64,000 nt of DNA. Origin: Octopus vulgaris (taxonomy: Eukaryota). The DNA is taken from NCBI GenBank assembly GCA_951406725.2, contig OX597825.1, forward strand, positions 85,684,001-85,748,000, written 5' to 3'. The notes under the pieces are model-generated. The model did not search any database and was not told the DNA's origin. It saw only the letters and a list, made by a program, of their open reading frames with translations. A program made the translations under genes and the position numbers. Positions 54,942 to 64,000 of this stretch are shown here, piece after piece. Every line of letters begins with the position of its first letter. Within the stretch, counting starts at the first letter, position 1.

Positions 54942-54943
<2 letters not shown>
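54791..54943. mobile_element. Rearranged Penelope-like fragment with a degenerate hammerhead, between (TA)n tracts
   Basis: Homologous to 21236-21326. Minus strand: CTGT-CCGATGG-ACGGCAACGG-GAAA-CTCAGAG-TA-ACAG. Confidence 0.55.
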
Positions 54944-54996
<53 letters not shown>

Positions 54997-55628
54997 GTAT
55001 GGGGGTGACTCTGTGTGTGTGTGTATTGGACGTGTCAAATGAAAATTTGGGTCATGTTTCCCAAACGGTTTTGGAAACTGTCCTCCAACTGATGATTTTT
55101 CAATGCCGGACTCTGTGAGTTTTGAGGGGTTGAGATTTTGGTTAATGAAATTCTGCATCTTGAAAAATAAAAGAGCAAAACTCAAGCAAATTCTACTTCT
55201 TTCTTCATATTCTTGTTATTTATTTCACACACACACATACACACACACACACATACACACACATTCCAGCTGGTCTTCATTAAGGTAAACCAATCACTGT
55301 CCATAGCTATTTTGGAGAAAATATTCGCTCGTGGCCTGTATTAGCCCGGCTTCTCGCCTCGAGGCGTAATTTAAGGTCCTTAGATCTGGATGTTTGTTCG
55401 TTATACACCCAATGATTTCTCTGTAGCCAAGTGTGTAACATTTTCCACCTGACTAAACAACCACTCTAGAAATTAATGGACACCAATCCACTTTAATTGA
55501 CTTACCATTCTCTGTGAAGTAATTCCTAACGATATTCCTGGTCTTTGATTAACACTTTACATTTTTATTGAATGTAAGGTTTTGCAGAATTACAAACACG
55601 CTCAATTATATACGCACGTATAGATAGG

Positions 55629-55700
<72 letters not shown>

Positions 55701-55796
55701 CAGACACTACTGCTAGTACAGACATATATATTCTTATCCTACATTAGAGTACTGTTCACACTGACACATACAGATATACATACATAAAAGTGTGTT

Positions 55797-55854
<58 letters not shown>

Positions 55855-56225
55855 TGTGTGAGTGTGTGTGTGTGTGTGTGTGTGCGTAATATTAACGCGT
55901 AGGACTTCCGAGACTAGATGCATGATGGGAGACAGATATCTTCAAACCGCATTTCTAGCTCGAATGCCAGCTATGGAATGATCTCCGCTAAATGCAATCA
56001 CAAACCAAGTAGCGTCGTTTAAACGGGTCTTGGACTAAATCTACCAAACACTTCCTCTGGCTCTCAGCATCTCAACTCTGTTCAATTTTTTATAGTGTTT
56101 TAGCTTTTTTTTTTTTTCACCACTTCATCAGTGAAGAAAGGACATTATTCCTGACCCGAAGGAATAATGACCCGAAGAGCTTATAAAAATTATACAAGAA
56201 TCGATCGGTGGTGTCGAAGTGAGCC

Positions 56226-56348
56226 AAAGATCAGGTGTTAAAGTAAAAAAAGATCAGGTGGTAAAAAATAATTCAGGTGGTAAAAAAAATTCAGGTGGTA
56301 AAAAAAAAGTTATAAAATCAGGTGGTAAAGTAAAAAGGTAATCAGGGA
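56226..56348. repeat. Degenerate 18-27-bp minisatellite (A-rich-TCAGGTGGTA)
   Basis: Five TCAGGTG units plus a sixth TCAGGG. Confidence 0.85.
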
Positions 56349-56945
56349 CAAGGTAGTGACGTTGATGGTACCCAAGGGGAAGTTTTGTGTTAGGACTAGT
56401 GAAGTAATTGAATCGGGCAATGAGTTGGAACAAACACCACAGGTCCTCCCTCTCAACACCCCAACAAGCCACCAACGCACTGCTGTTTGTTAATTCCCGA
56501 ATCAAAAAAAAATGTAAAGTTAACTTCAGTTGAACTAGAAGTAACGGCTCAAACTAATTTTGTTCTCCTCTCTAACGCCACTGCCAATTTGTCACGCTGA
56601 AACCTACTCTTAATTAATCCCGCCCTTAATGCAGACCCCCAGCTCAAGATTATTCCTTACAAAAAGAATGATGAAAGAACATTTATGTGGTATTTGACAT
56701 GCTTGAAATAAAAGCCGAATATTTCCCGTGAAGCACATAATTGTACGGAAAAGGGAAAGAAAATTTGCATAAGGTAACCCTCAGATACGCTGTCTGAAGC
56801 AGCTAGGGTCCGCTTATATATAAACCCGTGGATGAACGTTGCATTTTCACGAGGAAAAGTTTAGCAGTGACTCTGATGTCACTTTCGGCCATTTCCTGCT
56901 AAAAATTAATATGTTTGTATAAATATGAATTCCGCTAAAAATATT

Positions 56946-57155
56946 CTTTTCTACTCTAGGCACAAGGGAAATTTGTGGGGAGGGGCAGTCGATTAGATTG
57001 ACCTCAGTACGCAACTGGTAAATAATTCATCGACACCGAAAGGATGAAAGGCTAAGTCAACTTCTGCGGAATTTGGAATCAGAACATAAACACAGACGAG
57101 ATACAGCCAAGCATTTCGTCCTGCGCGCTAACGTTTTTGCCAGCTCGCCGCCTTA
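56946..57155 (-). mobile_element. SINE (main family) with 15-bp TSD
   Basis: Reverse-complement copy; TCCGCTAAAAATATT on both flanks. Confidence 0.9.
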
Positions 57156-57231
57156 CTCCGCTAAAAATATTGAGTAATCGTCAGTCTAGAGATAAAATGA
57201 TTTTTATATATAACTTCATATGAAAACATTT

Positions 57232-57322
<91 letters not shown>

Positions 57323-57434
57323 CATAGATAGATAGATGTGTATATATATATATATATATATATATTGTTATATTTCGGAATGGTCATTTTGCCAGTTTAG
57401 CCAATAAAAAATCTTGCACAACAAATATTTAAAC

Positions 57435-57506
<72 letters not shown>

Positions 57507-57540
57507 GTATGTATACACAATTATATATACATATGCATAA

Positions 57541-57579
<39 letters not shown>

Positions 57580-58038
57580 CAACTATTTATATGTGTGTGT
57601 GTGTGTGTATTTATATATGTATGTGTATGTGTGTGCATGTGCATATATATAAACGTGCTACACAAACGTGTATATGTAGGGAGAATCCGAAACCAATGAA
57701 TTATGTGTGGCCGAGTCACAGGTCGATCTCGGCGATATTTTCATATAAATTTATGACGAGATGAATGTAATGAAATATATGTCGTAATCTGCGAATCATG
57801 AACACACAGAGTTAAAAATAAATCGCAATTTATAATACAGAACATATATCATATCCTTGCGTACAATTTTCATGGTATACCTATAAATAACGACGTATAC
57901 TCAGTAATATATATATATACTCATATATACGAGAAATAGACCCAGTGAATTAAAACAAATACATAAGTTTTGGATAGCTAATTTAATTGTATGTGGTAAT
58001 TCGATCGTTCTACAAGGTAACCAATATTTAAATGACAA

Positions 58039-58076
<38 letters not shown>

Positions 58077-58607
58077 GTATATATGATTATATATACATAC
58101 TTATGTATATTATGTATATGCATATATGTATGTATGTGTATATATATATGTATGTGTATATATATATATGTATATGTGTATATATATAAATATATACATA
58201 TACACACACATATATATGTATTTATATATATATATACATATATATATATATACGTACTAATATTTATGTATGGTTATATATATATATGTGTGTGTGTGTG
58301 CGTGTGTGTGTGTGTGTGTGTGCGTATACATGTATGTAAGTATGAATGTATGCGTGCGTGTTTTGTATGCTTGTATGTATATGTGTAGGCAAATATACAC
58401 ATACGCTCAATATTATATAAATAGAATTAATAATGTATTGATTTCTGGCTGTGCAAATCAGTCGCCCAGCAGATAAAGCTAAATGCTGCTGTATTCAGAG
58501 ATAAAGCAGAAATAAGATACATTGACAGAAAAAAGAAAAAAATATATATATAAAGGAAACAGAACAGTAATATAAATGTCAAAATTATACCAACTTTTGC
58601 TGAACGA

Positions 58608-59099
<492 letters not shown>

Positions 59100-59898
59100 G
59101 CATCTATATATACACTCATAGAGGTTGTATGTGTGCATGTATAATGGCTAAATAGATTTATCCCTACAGATAGGCCGGGAGATAGCCATCTCAGTGTCTG
59201 ACTGAATGTAACAGGCTAGCTGACTTTATGTGTGTGTATGCGTGTGTATATGTGAGTGTGTATGTGTATATACATAGACACACGCATATATATGTACGTG
59301 GGTGTATGTGCTTTTGTGTATATGTCTATATATATCAATATCTGGCTACATATATGGGTATGTGTGTGTGTGTGCGTGTGTGTTAGCAAAATATCTACAT
59401 ATATTAATTACCAGCAGACATTCATGAATTTTGGGAAACTAACTAATCTCGATGAGGACTAATTAGAAACTTTGTTAACGAGAGCACGTACATAAGGGGA
59501 GATAATTTCCCCGGAGTGAATGTGTTCCTTTAATCTGGTACGTTATTTCAAACCACATAGAATCCAATGTTTACTGATTAATATAGTAAACACACTCATA
59601 TATATATATACATATATACACACACACTTATTAATTGGTTGATTCATTGACTAAATTATTTGATTGGCAGATTGAGTGGATCCAATCTCCATGTATGTAC
59701 ATAATATTGCAACACAAAATATCCGGATCTAATAAACTTGTTCATAAATTTGTACGTTTAAATCTTCCTCATGAATTGCTTTTAACTACGTATAGTAGCA
59801 TGCGTATGCTTATGTCCATTTTTTCTGCGTAGAAATGGCTAAAATTAACCCTGTTTATAATTATACAATATGTTACACACACACGCACACACACAAAT

Positions 59899-60029
<131 letters not shown>

Positions 60030-60039
60030 ATTATGTATG

Positions 60040-60113
<74 letters not shown>

Positions 60114-60383
60114 CATGCATATATATACATATATATATGAATGTATATGGATGCCAATATACGATGTCAGAAAGACCAGAAGTCCCTGGAATTATAAATT
60201 TCTTCTCGTCTTAAACACAAATTTCAATTTCCGGTCACAAAGTTTACGCATGATTCTAAAATACATAAAAGATAACAACCTGAATAATGACCAATAAATA
60301 ATACATTCGCACTATACACACATATACACCCATACACATACGCTCACACATATCTATGTGTATGTAACTATGCAAGTATAATG

Positions 60384-60451
<68 letters not shown>

Positions 60452-61093
60452 CTTGTACGCATATATATATATATATATATATATATACGTATGTGTATAT
60501 ATATATATATTATATATATATATACATTTATACATAATATATATATAAGTGTGTGCGTATGTATGCATGTATGTAGGTAGCCTGCGCTATATGCCACTTC
60601 TGATGTTTCACTCGCTATGAAACGTAAGTAGCCCAGATCTCCATTCCTTAACTCTTGTTTTCTTATTCTCATACTCAGAAGCCCTGGTTGCCACCCGTCA
60701 AATATAAAAAGAACATTTTTCAATTTATCGTACTTCGATAAGCAACAGAGAGAAAATCCACAAACTTCCGTTTCAATAAACCACTGTTGTCCCTGAAAGT
60801 TGTGTTTTTTTAATATTTACTACGACTGCTTGAAGCTAACTTTCTTCCTACACCGCCATCCTTGGACCTTATACTTATATATAAATAATATTATTATAAA
60901 AATCAGGGAATATCAATTCAAGTGCCACAGGAATGAGACATTCAAATTGAAAATATTAAATAGAATTACTCTCAATAAATAATTCATTTATATCAAAATA
61001 TTGTTAGAAACACCCACAACTTCATCAACTCCAAACGATATTAACTGAACCAAGCCAGTTGCTAATATGTTGCATTGAGACGATCTTCTTAGT

Positions 61094-62116
61094 TTAGCTT
61101 CGTTGGATTGCTTCGCGTTCTGCTGTTAACTTTATATTGTGTGGTGACCATAGTTGGGAGCAGTAGTCCAAGCTACTGAGGACGAATGTCTTCCAAAGGA
61201 CCATCACTTTCTCCTCTCTTGTTCTGAAAGTTCGGAGGATCCATCCAGCTAGCCGTCTGCATTTTATTACCAAATTGGCAATATGCACTTGGAAAGATGC
61301 ATCATTGCTCATGTCAATGCCCAAGTCACGCACTGATTTTGATTCAGGAATTGCAATTCTTCCCGGGCCAGTGTATCCGGTCTGCATTTCATTCACCTTT
61401 GTGTACCGGTAGCGCAGGGCCTGGAACTTCCCTGCATTAAACTGCATGTTGTTGTCCTCAGCCCACCTGTATATTGTATCCAACTCCTGTTGCAGATGTG
61501 CAATATTTCCAGGGTTTTGTATTGTCTGAGAGACTTTTGTGTCATTTGCATAGCTACCAAGGGTGGCCATCTTAGCAACTGAGGGCATGTCTGAAAGGGC
61601 CACTATGAACAGCAGTGACCCCAAGACAGTGCCCTGTGGAACACCACTTGTTATTTGTGTTTCCTTGGAGATTGCCCTATTGGCCACCACTACCTGCCTT
61701 CTATCTTTTAAGAAGTTGTGCAGCCACTCTCCAAGTTTTCTGCCTATGCCGAGATCACGCAGTTTGTGACCGATCATACCATGGTCGACTTTATCAAAGG
61801 CTTTTGCAAAGTGGAGATATATCACATCTACACTTGAGCCATTTAGTAGCTGTTTTAACACCCAGTAATAATGTTGCAGGGGCTGTGTTAGATAGCTTCT
61901 ACCTGGTCGAAATCCGTGCTGGGTGTCAGTCAGCAAGTCATTTTCTTCAAGGAATTGTTTCTTGCGGACTATTCGTTCCATGAATTTGCTGATGTGTGAG
62001 GTCAGTGAGATAGGTCTATAATTTTTAGCATCTGCTCTGCTTCCTCCCTTATGGATAGGACATATTATCCCTTCTTTCAATTTGACTGGGAGCTTACCAC
62101 TTGCAAGAAAGCTCTG
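61094..62116 (-). mobile_element. CR1-group LINE ORF2 fragment (reverse transcriptase domain), probably inactive
   Basis: 343-aa ORF with PIHKGG...NYRPISLTS, QHGFRPGRS, FAKAFDKVDH, SGVPQGTVLG, YANDT (catalytic YADD altered), RDLGI and LDYCSQLW. Truncated at both ends, with the 5' end abutting a SINE. Confidence 0.92.
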
Positions 62117-62425
62117 GAGGCGCAATGGCTCAGTAGTTAGGGCAACGGGCTCGATTCCCAGACCGGGCGTTGTGCTTATTAGGCGAAAACACCTAAAGCT
62201 CCACGATGCTTCGGCTGGAGATGGTGGCGAACCCTGCTGTACTTTTCACCATAACTTTCTCTTACTCTTTCTTCCTGTTTCTGTTGTACCTGTATTTCAA
62301 AGGGCCAGCTTTGTCATACTTTTTGTCACGCTACATCTCCCCCGAGAACTACGCTAAGGGCACACGTGTCTGTGGAGTGCTCAGCCACTTGTACGTTAAT
62401 ATCACGAGCAGGCTGTTCTGTTGGT
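62116..62425 (+). mobile_element. tRNA-derived SINE adjoining the LINE fragment
   Basis: GGAGGCGCAATGGCTCAGTAGTTAGGGC...TCGATTCCCAGACCGGGCG head; 3' half shared with 27119-27440. Confidence 0.85.
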
Positions 62426-62639
62426 GGCGATGGTGGGATGACGAAGTCGGGGCGGTGACAAATATTGACTTTTACAGTCAACTTAACATTTCTAAGAAAT
62501 GAAAATACAGCAAAATAGATTATTCATTCGTTTTCTATTTTATTACAGATCGCTTCCTCACATACTGATACAGTATATACATATATCAATATATATATGT
62601 ACATATACACACATATATAGGTGCGTGTGTATGTATATA

Positions 62640-62679
<40 letters not shown>

Positions 62680-62999
62680 TATGTGTGTGTGTGTGTATGT
62701 ATGTATGTATTCTTTTAAATGCGTGTATATATGAATATATACATGTGTGTGTGTGTCTGTGTGTCTCATAAAAAGCGGTTTCCCATTAGTCTTGTGTTCT
62801 AGTCGAGTTTCCTTTCATTGGCTGTGTTGTACACGGAGATGAACAAATGTATGTGTGCGTAGATATATACATACACATACAAATAGACACAAACAGCCAC
62901 CCCAGACACACACATACACACATATAGTGTACTCACCCCTGGAGAAAAGTGTGAACACCAAAACTTTACATACATATATGTATATATACATACACACAC

Positions 63000-63114
<115 letters not shown>

Positions 63115-63240
63115 ATATACATTTGTGTATGTGTGACTATAAGAACATGCCTGTAGTTGGAAAGCTGTGTTGACCTACACATACTTATATACTTACACAT
63201 ACACACACATGACACATGACATGCGCATATACGCATATAC

Positions 63241-63285
<45 letters not shown>

Positions 63286-63818
63286 TGTATGTGCACATAT
63301 ATGTATATATATGCCTTTATGTATATATATATATATATGTGTGTGCTTGTATATATTTAAAACGTGTGTAAACATCAGGTGTAATTCCACAGCTCCACAC
63401 AAGTTGAATATTATTTTAATGCTTTATTTTTATACAGAGATACGGTTAAATGATGCATATGATTGAATCAGGCGTACATGTGTGTACATGTGTGTGTATA
63501 TACTTGTGTAAGTTGTGTATATGTGTGAGTATATAAGCATGCGTTCGTGTACTTGTATGCGTGTGTGTTTATAAAATACATGCACGATTTAGTAAAAAAA
63601 TACTTGCAATATCGCTGTGGCAAAAATATAGAATCACGGAATAATATATATGCATGTGTATGTGTGTATATATATAAATTCGCACACACACGCAGACAAT
63701 CGATAAAACAGTCCATGTTAGACATTATTTACTGAACACAAACTGATATAAAAAATCTAAACATTATAAATGTCTAAATATTATAAATCACATGTAAAGA
63801 AAATCACTAGTATATATA

Positions 63819-63851
<33 letters not shown>

Positions 63852-64000
63852 GTGAATTAGTTCCAAACCACTTTTGTATATATTTATTCGTGTTCATTTT
63901 CATATAAATACATAAGTATGTATGGATGCCTGTACGCATAAAATGGAAGTCTGCGTGTTTTTTCTGTTCATGTTTTTTAGAAGGTTCCGTTCAGTTGTGC

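Noticed and set aside
56226-56348. CRISPR-like repeat-spacer array
   Set aside because: The units are short with poly-A spacers, the context is eukaryotic and there are no cas genes.
61094-62125. RT ORF as a functional gene or a retron/DGR-like system
   Set aside because: The motifs are CR1-type non-LTR, the catalytic YADD is altered to YAND, both ends are truncated, and the ORF start lies in the adjacent SINE.

Overview
AT-rich eukaryotic DNA saturated with microsatellites and transposons. The SINE families and the repeat landscape point to a cephalopod, most likely Octopus; this is inferred from recalled repeat families, not from a database search. I see no convincing host protein-coding exon, and nearly all ORF-track entries are translated (TA)n, (CA)n, (AAT)n or (GATA)n repeats. 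Recognisable content: many tRNA-derived SINEs (some dimeric, with clear target-site duplications), a CR1-like RT fragment, R4/Dong-like 3' ends in (AAT)n, Tx1/L1-like 3' ends at (TATC)n, mariner/Tc1/hAT relics, a probable solo LTR and a Penelope-like RT remnant. The most notable signal is a set of short non-coding elements, mostly in or next to (TA)n/(CA)n tracts, that carry minimal type I hammerhead-ribozyme folds. They belong to about five sequence families. One family has the canonical CUGANGA/GAAA core; others have variant cores, including a compensatory G3-C8 swap. Three elements carry the motifs as divergent inverted pairs. They look like non-autonomous Penelope-like or retrozyme-type elements. 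All structures were folded by eye, so catalytic activity is untested.
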